From NCBI GenBank assembly GCA_046759165.1, contig JBHIBS010000013.1, positions 1-47,350 on the forward strand: DNA of 47,350 nt. Direction: 5' to 3'. The position numbers and the translations under genes were made by a program. Shown piece after piece: positions 1 through 11,629 of this stretch. Within the stretch, counting starts at the first letter, position 1. Every line of letters starts with the position of its first letter. The notes under the pieces are model-generated. The model did not search any database and was not told where the DNA came from. It saw only the letters and a program-made list of their open reading frames with translations. Source of the stretch: a bacterium (lineage in GTDB: Bacteria; UBA6262; WVXT01).

Positions 1-1788
1 GCGAAGTGCTGCTTGCAGGAGGTGAGTGGCTGTGTGGTGCCGGGCTATCTCCTCCCTTTGAGAAATATCGACAGAAGCTATCACCACATCTCCTGTCCCT
101 ACACTACCCCTACCCACTCTGCAATGGTGGACAATTAATCCTTCTACAGGTCTTTTCGTATCAAAGACTTCAAGTTTTGCTTCGATCTCTCCTTCTTTTA
201 ACTCTCTAAGTTTTATATCTTTCAATTTCACGGAAGGCTTCAGTATTTTACCCACATCTCCAACCTGACCACCTGCCTCTCCATAAAAGGGTGTTTCAGC
301 AAGGATAATTTCGACTTCTTCCCCTTGCTTTGCTTCTTCTATCTTCATAACCCTATTGGCTGACTTGTCGAATCTCAAAATCGCCCGTATAGGCGAAGTT
401 AACTCGCCAAAATCGTATCCGCGGAATAGAGTTTCACCCAGCTCTTTTTTTAGTTCTTCATAAAATCCCATATCTACCTCCCCGGAACCTTTCCAGGCTT
501 CTCTTGCCCTTCTCTTCTGGGCCTCCATTTCCTTCTCAAATCCCACAAAGTCAAGGGAGAAGTGTCTCTCTTGACCAATCTCTTTTGTCAAATCTAAAGG
601 GAATCCATAAGTATCGTAAAGTCTGAAAACCTCTTCTCCAGGAATGATCCTCTCTTTTCCTGTAGAGGATAAATTGTCAATCACTCCGTCCAGTATTCGC
701 ATTCCAGCATCCAATGTCTCCTGAAACCTCTCTTCTTCCATTTTGGTCACATTAGCAATATGCTCACGCCGGGAACGGAGAGCTGGATAGGATTGGCCCA
801 TAATTTCCACGACTTTACCAGTCAGTTTATAAAGGAAAGTTCGCTTAACACCTAAAAGGCGTTCCTGACGAACCATCCTGCGCAGTATCCTTCTTAACAC
901 ATATCCTCTCCCCTCATTGGAAGGTAAGACTCCATCAGAAATTAAGAAGGTGATTGCCCTGACATGGTCGGCTATAATTCGCAAGGAAATATCGACTTTC
1001 TCGTCCTGACCGTATTCTAAGCCGGTCAGTTCACCGGTATAATCAATAATAGGTCTTAATAGGTCTGTATCGAAACAGTTCTTCTTTCCATTAACAACTT
1101 CTGCCAGTCGTTCTAACCCCATACCTGTATCGATATTCTTTTGGGGCAGGGGATTTAAATTACCATTCTCATCTTTATCAAACTGGGTGAAAACGAGATT
1201 CCAGACCTCCAACCATCTGTCACAATCGCAGCCGGGAGCACAATCCGGCTTCCCGCATCCCGCTTCCTCTCCCATATCCATCAAAATTTCCGAACAGGGT
1301 CCGCAGGGTCCTGTGGGTCCCATCTCCCAGAAGTTGTCATCTTTCCCCAGCTTGACCACTTTCTCTTCCGGAAGATATCTTTTCCAGAGCTCGTAAGCTT
1401 CTTCATCCTCTCTATATACTGAAGCGTAAAGCCTCTCCTTCTGAAGACCCATCTCTCTGGTCAAAAAATCCCATGCCCACTCAATGGTGTCTTTTTTGAA
1501 GTAGTCGCCAAAGGAGAAATTGCCGAGCATCTCAAAGAAAGTGAGATGCCTCGCTGTGTTTCCTACCTTTTCGATATCTGTTGTGCGAAAACAGGTTTGA
1601 GAAGAGGCTGCTCGACGATAAGTTAGTTTAACTTTGTCCAGGAACATACTCTTAAACTGCACCATTCCAGCACCTGTGAAAAGAAGCGTCGGGTCCTGCG
1701 GAATGAGGCTCATACTGGAGACAACCTTGTGACCCCTCTTTTGGAAATAGTCTAGGAATCTTTTTCTAATTTCATTGCTGGTTAGCAT
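1..1788 (-). CDS. alaS: Alanyl-tRNA synthetase, 3' end runs off the window (absent from the ORF track)
   Basis: Manual translation from ATG at 1788: MLTSNEIRKRFLDYF...DPTLLFTGAGMVQFK...RHLTFFEMLGNFSFGDYFK; editing motif HTATHLL near positions 19-36. Confidence 0.97.
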   Translation of the reverse strand, partial: MLTSNEIRKRFLDYFQKRGHKVVSSMSLIPQDPTLLFTGAGMVQFKSMFLDKVKLTYRRAASSQTCFRTTDIEKVGNTARHLTFFEMLGNFSFGDYFKKDTIEWAWDFLTREMGLQKERLYASVYREDEEAYELWKRYLPEEKVVKLGKDDNFWEMGPTGPCGPCSEILMDMGEEAGCGKPDCAPGCDCDRWLEVWNLVFTQFDKDENGNLNPLPQKNIDTGMGLERLAEVVNGKKNCFDTDLLRPIIDYTGELTGLEYGQDEKVDISLRIIADHVRAITFLISDGVLPSNEGRGYVLRRILRRMVRQERLLGVKRTFLYKLTGKVVEIMGQSYPALRSRREHIANVTKMEEERFQETLDAGMRILDGVIDNLSSTGKERIIPGEEVFRLYDTYGFPLDLTKEIGQERHFSLDFVGFEKEMEAQKRRAREAWKGSGEVDMGFYEELKKELGETLFRGYDFGELTSPIRAILRFDKSANRVMKIEEAKQGEEVEIILAETPFYGEAGGQVGDVGKILKPSVKLKDIKLRELKEGEIEAKLEVFDTKRPVEGLIVHHCRVGRGSVGTGDVVIASVDISQREEIARHHTATHLLQAALR

Positions 1789-1807
1789 TTATCTTTTTCC
1801 TATTTTT

Positions 1808-1925
1808 AGGCGGAGCTTTCGCTCCGCTGCGACCATCAAATCACGGGTTCGATAAATCGAACCACTACATCGATGCAGTTCGGGCGGCCGCAAGGGTCGT
1901 CCCTACCCGATCGCTCTGCGGCTAC
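1808..1925 (-). repeat. Cluster of 3-4 GTAG-type REP-like palindromes
   Basis: Minus strand: GTAGCCGCAGAGC.., GTAGGGACGACCCTTGCGGCCGCCCG, GTAGTGGTTCGATTTATCGAACCCG, GCAGCGGAGCGAAAGCTCCGCC; GTAG/GCAG foot followed by a hairpin in three of the four. Confidence 0.7.
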
Positions 1926-1937
1926 AAATATTTAATA

Positions 1938-2549
1938 TTATGATTTTTTTACGCGGGGCCATACCTTTTTTAAGGAGTTGAGGAGTGTGGAGACTGTCCC
2001 GCGAATTGCTCCTTCTATATCGAAAGATTCATAAGTATAAGAACTTGCCCAGACAACCAATCCACTTTCTACATCAATCATACGGGCACTTATTCCCACC
2101 TCGGCACCTATCAGGAAGACCTCTGACTTAACCTCTCCATACTCGTCTTTGAAATAGATAATATCTTTATGTTCAGGAATATATCTGGTCACCGTCCCTG
2201 TAATCAGTGTGTCTATCCCGGACAATTTACCTAGTCTCTTGGCTGTCTCGGGGTCGAGAAATTTGCCCGCCGATAAATGTTGTTCTCTGAGCAGGCTTTC
2301 CAGCCTCTCTCGCTCAATGACATCAATCCCTCTAAATATTAATTGTCTCATAAATTCATCCGCCACTGCATTTCCAGAGTTTATCTCCTCTCCATAACTG
2401 GTGAATTCTAGGACCCCAATACGATTAATTTTGGTGAAATTGTATCCTTTTCTTATTGCTGTGCGGGGAGCACATCCGAAAAGGAGAGCCAAAAAAGAGA
2501 AATGAAGGATAGAGAGTAAGAGCCAGCTTATAGTCCTATTAGATTTCAT
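1938..2549 (-). CDS. CsgG/HfaB-family lipoprotein
   Basis: Lipobox LLFGC; VIERERLESLLREQ..A.RLGKL.G.D.LITGTV..ISARMIDVESG.VVW pattern. Confidence 0.7.
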   Translation of the reverse strand: MKSNRTISWLLLSILHFSFLALLFGCAPRTAIRKGYNFTKINRIGVLEFTSYGEEINSGNAVADEFMRQLIFRGIDVIERERLESLLREQHLSAGKFLDPETAKRLGKLSGIDTLITGTVTRYIPEHKDIIYFKDEYGEVKSEVFLIGAEVGISARMIDVESGLVVWASSYTYESFDIEGAIRGTVSTLLNSLKKVWPRVKKS

Positions 2550-2992
2550 TCCTTAAATTCCTCCAACCTCTTTATATGCTTCCTCACTCTCTCAGCACGT
2601 TTGCCCTCAGGATTCAGAGCGAGAAATTTATTCCAAGCAGCAATTGCCTGTCCATAATTCATTATCTCTTCGTAAGCCATACCCAGAAGGTAATAGGGGA
2701 TTGCCTTCTCGGGGTCTAAGGCTATTGCTTTCTCAAGGGCTTCTATTGCTTCTCTATACTTTTTCTGGTTCAGGTAAGCTATTCCGATTCCGCAGTAGGC
2801 GTTAACGTATTTAGAATCGATGGCAAGCGCCCGATTGAATTCTTCGATTGCCTCTCGATAATCTCCCTGATTGACATAGCTCACCCCTTCTTGAAAATGG
2901 GCATCTGCCTCAGTTCCACCTATTCCCCTCGACGAACAAACTGAGACAAGGAATATGCTAATAAAAAATACTATAAGCCTCTGTTTAACCAT
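2546..2992 (-). CDS. Exported tetratricopeptide-repeat protein
   Basis: Hydrophobic N-terminus; three TPR-like units (AHFQEG..Y.EAIEEF.RAL; AYCGIG; PYYLLG). Confidence 0.85.
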   Translation of the reverse strand: MVKQRLIVFFISIFLVSVCSSRGIGGTEADAHFQEGVSYVNQGDYREAIEEFNRALAIDSKYVNAYCGIGIAYLNQKKYREAIEALEKAIALDPEKAIPYYLLGMAYEEIMNYGQAIAAWNKFLALNPEGKRAERVRKHIKRLEEFKE

Positions 2993-3013
2993 TTCTACTC
3001 CTGATAATAAATT

Positions 3014-3484
3014 TTATAAAGCAGAGAGGAGCTTCCCAAAAGTATCATCCAGAGATTCCGGAATAATCTTAGTGTTCCCAACAGTAGAAATAAAGCTGGT
3101 ATCTCCTTCCCAACGGGGGACAATATGAATGTGAATATGTCCTTCAACGCCAGCCCCGGCTACTTTGCCCAGATTCAATCCGATGTTGAAGCCTTCTGGT
3201 TTCAAGGTTCTCTTGAGAATTTGAGTGCACTTCTTAACTAGTCCGATCAGTTCCTCTAACTCACTCTCCTCCAAACCATCGAAATCGGGAACGTGCTTAT
3301 AAGGAGCAACTAAAAGGTGGCCATTATTGTAGGGAAAAGTATTAAGAATCACGAAGGCACCTTTCCCACGGAAAAGTACATAATTCTCCCTGTCTCTATT
3401 CTCCTTCGCCTTATCACAGAATATACATCTTTCCTTTTTGCCTAAAATATACTTTATCCTCCAGGGAGCCCAGAGAATCTTCAT
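3014..3484 (-). CDS. HIT-family hydrolase (Ap4A phosphorylase/FHIT-like)
   Basis: LWAPWR, CIFC, LNTFPYNNGH and HIHIHIVPRW histidine triad. Confidence 0.92.
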   Translation of the reverse strand: MKILWAPWRIKYILGKKERCIFCDKAKENRDRENYVLFRGKGAFVILNTFPYNNGHLLVAPYKHVPDFDGLEESELEELIGLVKKCTQILKRTLKPEGFNIGLNLGKVAGAGVEGHIHIHIVPRWEGDTSFISTVGNTKIIPESLDDTFGKLLSAL

Positions 3485-3966
3485 TTAACTTCCTCCTTTA
3501 ACCTCTTCACCAGCCTGGCCACCCTCTGCCCCAAAATTTCACATTGACTACTACTTCTCTCATCAGGACCATAAAGGGCAACAGGCCCATAGTGATCCCC
3601 TCTCGCTTCTCCCTGAACAATCATTCCATGAATGAGAAATGCCCTTAGAATATCCATAATTGTCGTCTCATTCCCCCCTCCTACCCAATGGCTGGAGGTG
3701 AAGGCTGCTCCTACTTTGCCTACTAATTGCCCCTGCAATTTCCTGCTCTCCTCGAATAGTTGCTTGAGCTGAGAAGCCATCGAACCATAATGGGTTGGCG
3801 ACCCTACAATTATACCATCCGCATCTTTGAGTTCATCAACTTTTACATCTTCGACCCTTTTTACTTCCACTTCTACCTTCTCCTTTTCTACCCCTTTTGC
3901 CACTATTTTTGCCATCTTCTCTGTGTTTCCAGTAAGCGAATAGTAGATAATCAAGACTCTGGGCAT
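3481..3966 (-). CDS. WrbA-like flavodoxin / NAD(P)H:quinone oxidoreductase
   Basis: YYSLTGNTEKMA, GSPTHYG, GKVGAAFTS..GGGNET. Confidence 0.88.
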   Translation of the reverse strand: MPRVLIIYYSLTGNTEKMAKIVAKGVEKEKVEVEVKRVEDVKVDELKDADGIIVGSPTHYGSMASQLKQLFEESRKLQGQLVGKVGAAFTSSHWVGGGNETTIMDILRAFLIHGMIVQGEARGDHYGPVALYGPDERSSSQCEILGQRVARLVKRLKEEVK

Positions 3967-3989
3967 AGATTACCCTCCATTTTCTGTCT

Positions 3990-5303
3990 TCATTGCCTGT
4001 TAGAGATGATATAGACCCTTCTTATTACTTCCAGATTTGTTAAGAAAGCCAGAATGGCTAAAGCTATCAATACCTGATTTGTCATGCTTCCTAAAAAAAT
4101 TATGAATATTCTGATATCTCTTCCGATTCTCCACGTATATTTTGAAGTCTTCAACTTTCTTATTAAATAACTATCATATTTATCTGCTGTATAACTATTC
4201 ATAAAAGTTCCCAGGAGAGCCAAAGTACCAACAAGCCAAATAAAGACCTGAGGATTCAAAAGCCACAAATAGTACGTCAATCCTAAAACCATGAATGCGT
4301 CGGCATACCTGTCGAGAACAGCATCAAACCAGCCACCAAAGTCCGTAGATTGGTATTTAAGTCTGGCAATTTCACCATCACATCCATCAATTATAGAAGA
4401 AAATTGAGCCAAAATGCCACCTATGAGAAGGTTAGTATAGTTGCCTATAAAGAAGAAGGCAGCTGCTAAAACCGATATCAAAAAAGAGATTACGGAAATG
4501 TGATTGGGTCTAATGGGAGTTTTTACCAGATATCTGCTTAAAAAGATTGAGAGTGGTCTGTTTAAAATCTTTGAAACGGGTCCATCTGTCTTTTTCTTAA
4601 GCCCCTTTAAAAGAATCCTCTCTCCCTGTTTGAATGAGTTTTCAGTATCTACATCTATCCAGAAAAGGTCTCCGATATCCAGAGCTTTTGCTTTGCCTTT
4701 CCGGGCCAGATGCCTGATTCCACCAGAGAGAGTATCATCCCCTGCTTCTAAACTCTTTTCCAGTGCATCAAAGAGAGCAGGGGAGCATAGAAATACTCCC
4801 GTATCAAAGCCATTATAGTCTCCTAAATTTTTACCAATGTCAATAATCTTTCCACCATCCACCCTTATTCGAGTCACATCTTCTATGTCTATGTAGTTTT
4901 TTCTATTATAATCGACAGCTAAAATAATCTCATCATTTGCAATTTTTTCTCTTTTGATCCTTAATAGTATCTCCTTGTCGATAACATGGTCGCTCATCAT
5001 AAGGACAAATTTTCCATCAGCATAATCTCTTGCTTGAAGACATGAGATTCCATTGCCTTTTTCCCACCGGTCGTTTTCAATATAGATAATCTTAACTCCG
5101 TATTTTTCACCATCCCTAAGATGTTCTTCTATCTTGTCCTTATTGTATCCTACAACAATATAAAGGTCATTTAATCCAGCTTCTCGACAAGTATATATGA
5201 CCCTCTCGATGAGAGGTATCCCCAGAAAAGAAATCAGGGGCTTGGTATCTCCTTTATTCCGTATTCTTTCTCCCTTACCGGCTGCCAGGATCAGGCACTG
5301 CAT
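3990..5303 (-). CDS. Bifunctional NTP transferase / CDP-alcohol phosphotransferase (IPCT/DIPPS-like)
   Basis: N-terminal ILAAGKGER..KPL, WIDVDT; linker DGPVSKILNRPLS; signature DGCDGEIAR-x7-GGWFDAVLD with TM helices. Confidence 0.85.
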   Translation of the reverse strand: MQCLILAAGKGERIRNKGDTKPLISFLGIPLIERVIYTCREAGLNDLYIVVGYNKDKIEEHLRDGEKYGVKIIYIENDRWEKGNGISCLQARDYADGKFVLMMSDHVIDKEILLRIKREKIANDEIILAVDYNRKNYIDIEDVTRIRVDGGKIIDIGKNLGDYNGFDTGVFLCSPALFDALEKSLEAGDDTLSGGIRHLARKGKAKALDIGDLFWIDVDTENSFKQGERILLKGLKKKTDGPVSKILNRPLSIFLSRYLVKTPIRPNHISVISFLISVLAAAFFFIGNYTNLLIGGILAQFSSIIDGCDGEIARLKYQSTDFGGWFDAVLDRYADAFMVLGLTYYLWLLNPQVFIWLVGTLALLGTFMNSYTADKYDSYLIRKLKTSKYTWRIGRDIRIFIIFLGSMTNQVLIALAILAFLTNLEVIRRVYIISNRQ

Positions 5304-5320
5304 ATTTTTTCCCTCTAAGC

Positions 5321-5414
5321 TGCAGTTTGGGCCACCATGAAGGTCACCCTTACGCGCTGGCTATTGCACTTCAAATGCTATTATATCTAATTCGTCAGGC
5401 GAATTCAACCCTAC
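5321..5414 (-). repeat. Two degenerate GTAG-type REP-like palindromes
   Basis: 5321-5353 tgcagtttgggccaccatgaaggtcacccttac resembles 1874-1906 tgcagttcgggcggccgcaagggtcgtccctac; 5389-5414 reads GTAGGGTTGAATTCGCCTGACGAATT on minus. Confidence 0.55.
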
Positions 5415-5448
5415 TTGAAAATATAAAGCACAAAACTGTTGTGATATA

Positions 5449-5624
5449 GGGGCAGTTTGTGAGGAACATCCCAATTTTTAGTGAGGAAGCCATCTCGGCT
5501 ATCTCTCTAATCTAGCAAAAGTTTGTCCGAGTTCCGACGTAGTCGGAACGAGTTTGCTTTTGCATCTGTGGAGAGATGGCTCCCGCAACGTTAAAAAAAT
5601 TGTCAGAGACGAACAAACTGCCTC
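5449..5624. mobile_element. MITE-like nested inverted-repeat element, copy A (~176 bp)
   Basis: Terminal GGCAGTTTGT/ACAAACTGCC, inner GCCATCTC/GAGATGGC, GCAAAAG/CTTTTGC, apical GTTCCGAC-GTA-GTCGGAAC; same layout as 27332-27502. Confidence 0.6.
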
Positions 5625-5650
5625 TTAAATCACAAAGGATTTTCTTTCTG

Positions 5651-6847
5651 CTAAAAAGCAGGCCTTGAAATTTTTCCGATAGAACCAATACTTATGGCTG
5701 CTACCAAACCCAGGACTGTTCCGTAGCAAAACGTCAGTTTGGGACTATAGTTCCATAAGATTCCAGCAAAAATGCTTGCTACAAGCGTGGAGATACCTAT
5801 TGCTGTGTGGAATGTGCCCAACGCTGTTCCTCGTAAATTCTCTTCCACAAAATCTGAAGCGAATGCGCGCTGATTCCCTTCCACCAGGGCAAAAGAGATT
5901 CCATAAAGGCCAAACAGAATAACGAAAGATGTGAGTGATCTCGTGAATGCAAATCCGAGACATGAGAGACCATACGTGAAATAGCCAAGCCTCAAAGTTC
6001 CCCTTCGGCCAATTCTATCTGAGAGCATTCCTCCGGGTAAAGAAAATAGAGCATAAATGATGTTGAACCAGCAATATAGCAGGATGGGAATAGCAATAGC
6101 CAGCCTGTAAGGAAAAATGGGTTGGAAAACATCCTTTGCTCTGAGAATAAAGAACATATAAGTAAAGTTTCCTGAGGCGAAGACAACTGCGACCATGAGG
6201 TATCTTCTAAAGGGGGGAGGAAGCTTTCTCAGACTTATTCTGAATGAACTTCCACCTTTGGGATGGTTGGCAGACACTGTCTCCCTTACCCAGAGAAAAG
6301 GGCTAAGAGCTAAAAAACTAATTAGAGCCGCGATAAGAAGAATGGGTTTAAACTCAAACTTTAAAAACCAGAAGAGAATAAAAGCAAAAAGAGCTCCTAA
6401 GAAGGCACCAAAAGAATCCATCGCACGATGGAATCCGAATGCTTTTCCTCTAACACTCGCTTTAGATGAAGCAGCGATCAAGGCATCACGAGGGGCAGTG
6501 CGGACACCTTTTCCTACCCTTTCCAGAGGCCTTAAGATTAGAAGTTGCGTCCAGTTTGAGACGAAAGGAAAGAAAAGTTTTGCTACCGAAGAGATGGAGT
6601 AGCCAAAGAAGGCAAAAGGTTTCCTCTTTCTCACTCTATCTGACCAGTATCCGGAGAAGACCTTAAGCAAGGAAGCCACACTGTCCCCAATCCCGCCAAT
6701 AAGGCCAATAGCCATCCCGGCTCCACCCAGAGAAGCAATAAAAAGTGGGAGGATCGCCAACATCATCTCGCTGGAGACATCGGTCAAGAGACTTATTATT
6801 CCCAGAAGGAAGATATTAATTCCCAGACCACTTATAAACTTTCTCAT
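5651..6847 (-). CDS. Major facilitator superfamily transporter
   Basis: About 12 hydrophobic segments; GYWSDRVRKRK and GMLSDRIGRR motif A; GKGVRTAPRDALIA. Confidence 0.93.
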   Translation of the reverse strand: MRKFISGLGINIFLLGIISLLTDVSSEMMLAILPLFIASLGGAGMAIGLIGGIGDSVASLLKVFSGYWSDRVRKRKPFAFFGYSISSVAKLFFPFVSNWTQLLILRPLERVGKGVRTAPRDALIAASSKASVRGKAFGFHRAMDSFGAFLGALFAFILFWFLKFEFKPILLIAALISFLALSPFLWVRETVSANHPKGGSSFRISLRKLPPPFRRYLMVAVVFASGNFTYMFFILRAKDVFQPIFPYRLAIAIPILLYCWFNIIYALFSLPGGMLSDRIGRRGTLRLGYFTYGLSCLGFAFTRSLTSFVILFGLYGISFALVEGNQRAFASDFVEENLRGTALGTFHTAIGISTLVASIFAGILWNYSPKLTFCYGTVLGLVAAISIGSIGKISRPAF

Positions 6848-6969
6848 GCTATCATCTCATTTAGGAAAGTTTAAAAAGATAGTTCTTAAATGCTAATAAA
6901 AGAAGGGAATAGAAGACAACAAAAATCTATAAGATTAGTTGATTGGGTTGGCTGGTTGGCTATTAGTTT

Positions 6970-7617
6970 CTATTCAGAATCTTTCCTGTAGTCTTGAAAG
7001 AATCTATCAAGTGTATTCTCTGTAGCCTCAATGGAAAATCCTCGATGAATTAAGAAATCCTTTATTCTCCTGTAGGCTTTCGACTTTTCCAATTTCTGAT
7101 ATCGGGGAATCCTCCTTTCAATTGCTCTCCAGGCCAATTCATCCTCACTTGACGCAATCTTCTTAAAGCCTTGAGCTATTGAATCATCAATTACCTCATT
7201 CTCTATTCCCTTCTTCAAAAGTTCCTGACGTATTAGTCTCTTCCCCCGTTTCTCTCTCAGTCTGCTTTCCACCCATTCTATGGCAAAAGCGCAGTCATCC
7301 AGATAATGGAGGCGTTCTAACTCTTCAACAACCTCCTGGACTACTTCCCTTTCATATCCTTTCTTAAGAAGCCTCTCTGAGATTTCTTGACAGCTTCGCG
7401 CACGATAGGATAATAGGAGAAAGGCGTAATCACGGGCTTCCTTGATCTGTTCCAGGCGAGTAACTCTTCTTATCTCCTGTAGGCCGACATCTTGTCCCAC
7501 TTCCAAGTTCAGGTTGGAAAGCACATCTTTATCTAAATGGAATGCATATTTCCCATCGAGAAATACGGAATAGAAATTCTGCCGATGTTTCTGCTTCTCA
7601 ATTTTAGTTATTTTCAT
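6970..7617 (-). CDS. recX: Regulatory protein RecX
   Basis: MKITKIEKQK N-terminus; LLSYRARS..EI.ERL..KG; YLDD..FA..WV; L..RGF. Confidence 0.9.
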   Translation of the reverse strand: MKITKIEKQKHRQNFYSVFLDGKYAFHLDKDVLSNLNLEVGQDVGLQEIRRVTRLEQIKEARDYAFLLLSYRARSCQEISERLLKKGYEREVVQEVVEELERLHYLDDCAFAIEWVESRLREKRGKRLIRQELLKKGIENEVIDDSIAQGFKKIASSEDELAWRAIERRIPRYQKLEKSKAYRRIKDFLIHRGFSIEATENTLDRFFQDYRKDSE

Positions 7618-8075
7618 TATTCCTTACTTTCCAACTTTTTGAGGGCTTCATTTGCCAGGTCCCAATGGGTGCCCTTCCAGTATATCCTCTGGCAACTTGG
7701 ACAGTATGAAAATTCTTCCTGTGTCTGAAAGACATAACTGGGCACTTTATCTTTAACCTTCTCTTTCTCTATTGACAGGAGAAGTTCATTGCACACTAAG
7801 CACCTGGTGAATATATCGTCAGGGTCTACCTTAATATTTAGCTCAGAAAAAACCTGCCTCAACTGTTCTTCCAGTAAATCGCTATTAATTATAATTAACT
7901 TTATTGCTTTCTTCTTGCTCAACCGGTGGTCCCGGGTCAATATTATCCTCCCCTCTTTGAGGCTTTCATATATCAAATCACTCTTCTTGTCAGACACAAA
8001 ATAGGAGGCGTCGTAACCGAGTAACCTGAGCCATTTGCAGAGCCTGCCAAGCATAAAATCTACCAAGAATTTCAT
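7617..8075 (-). CDS. Mut7-C RNase domain protein (DUF82)
   Basis: FLVDFMLGRL.KWLRLLGYD, RIILTRD, RCLVCN, CPSCQRIYWKGTH. Confidence 0.92.
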   Translation of the reverse strand: MKFLVDFMLGRLCKWLRLLGYDASYFVSDKKSDLIYESLKEGRIILTRDHRLSKKKAIKLIIINSDLLEEQLRQVFSELNIKVDPDDIFTRCLVCNELLLSIEKEKVKDKVPSYVFQTQEEFSYCPSCQRIYWKGTHWDLANEALKKLESKE

Positions 8076-8089
8076 AGGTTACCCTTCAT

Positions 8090-9130
8090 TTATATCCTCA
8101 CCAGCTCGTAATCCCTCGTTCCCATACTTAACTTCTGAGCGTAATTGAGCTGAAAATCCCAATCTGTCCCGGGATAGAGCTGACGAAATACATCCCTTTT
8201 ACCTGCTTCATTAACCAAATTCACAGAAGCTCCATCAATTGCTATGGGATCGGAAGAGACCAAAATGCCAATGTCCCGAACAACGGGGCCGGCAGAGGTG
8301 GCACAGCAGTCACATAGACGGGTAATGAAATTGAGAAAGTTAATAAACAGAGTCTTCTTGTTCTTTAGGACTCCAAAGGCATATTCGACCAACTTCTCCT
8401 GCTCACTCTTGGTTAAATCGCTCCATACGATAGAGAGAGCGCCAAAATTGCAATAAAGGATACATTCTCCACATCCTATGCATTTACCACTATCTATCTT
8501 AACTTTCTTCTTCACTATCTTAATAGCTCCCGCCGGGCACCATGTAACACAGACTTCACATCCAGTACATTTACCCAAGTCTATTTTGGGAACAACGGCT
8601 TCGTGTATCTCATATTTACCAGTGCGAGAAGCACCGCCCATCCCAATATTCTTGAGAGCTCCTCCGAAACCGCCCAATTCATGCCCCTTGAAGTGCGTAA
8701 CAAAAATTAATGCATCAGCGTGATACATAGCACTGGCAACTTTTATCTTTTTGAAATGTTTCTGGCCGATTTCTACTTCCACAAAGCTATTTCCCCTCAA
8801 GCCATCGGCGATTATTATAGGAGCTCCGCAATTTTCCAAATTAAAACCATGAGTTCTGGCAATAGCCAGATGTCTTAAGGCATCGGACCTCTCTCCGACA
8901 TATATGGTATTGGAGTCCGTTAGAAATGGTCGACCTCCTAAAGCTTTCACCTCTTTGACGACCCGATTGACATATTCTGGCTTCACATATCCCTTGTTCC
9001 CTTTCTCTCCAAAGTGGAGCTTTATAGCCACCATGTCATTTTTTGAAACTACCCTATCTAAACCAGCGTAGAGGAGTAGCTTCTTAAACTTTCCGATGGA
9101 GCTGAAATCAATGAAATAGACCTTAGACAA
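8090..9130 (-). CDS. DUF362-domain Fe-S protein with 2x[4Fe-4S] ferredoxin insert
   Basis: VAIKLHFGEKGN, HFKGHELGGFGGALKNIGMG, CTGCEVCVTWCP and CIGCGECILYC; TTG start. Confidence 0.88.
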   Translation of the reverse strand: MSKVYFIDFSSIGKFKKLLLYAGLDRVVSKNDMVAIKLHFGEKGNKGYVKPEYVNRVVKEVKALGGRPFLTDSNTIYVGERSDALRHLAIARTHGFNLENCGAPIIIADGLRGNSFVEVEIGQKHFKKIKVASAMYHADALIFVTHFKGHELGGFGGALKNIGMGGASRTGKYEIHEAVVPKIDLGKCTGCEVCVTWCPAGAIKIVKKKVKIDSGKCIGCGECILYCNFGALSIVWSDLTKSEQEKLVEYAFGVLKNKKTLFINFLNFITRLCDCCATSAGPVVRDIGILVSSDPIAIDGASVNLVNEAGKRDVFRQLYPGTDWDFQLNYAQKLSMGTRDYELVRI

Positions 9131-9137
9131 TTGTCCT

Positions 9138-11592
<2,455 letters not shown>

Positions 11593-11629
11593 CTTTGCCC
11601 CCGTTGAATTCAATAAAGACTTTATATTA

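Noticed and set aside
1789-1937. T-box riboswitch upstream of alaS
   Set aside because: No T-box consensus (GGTGGNACCGCG), specifier stem or U-tailed terminator; the hairpins fit REP-like repeats.
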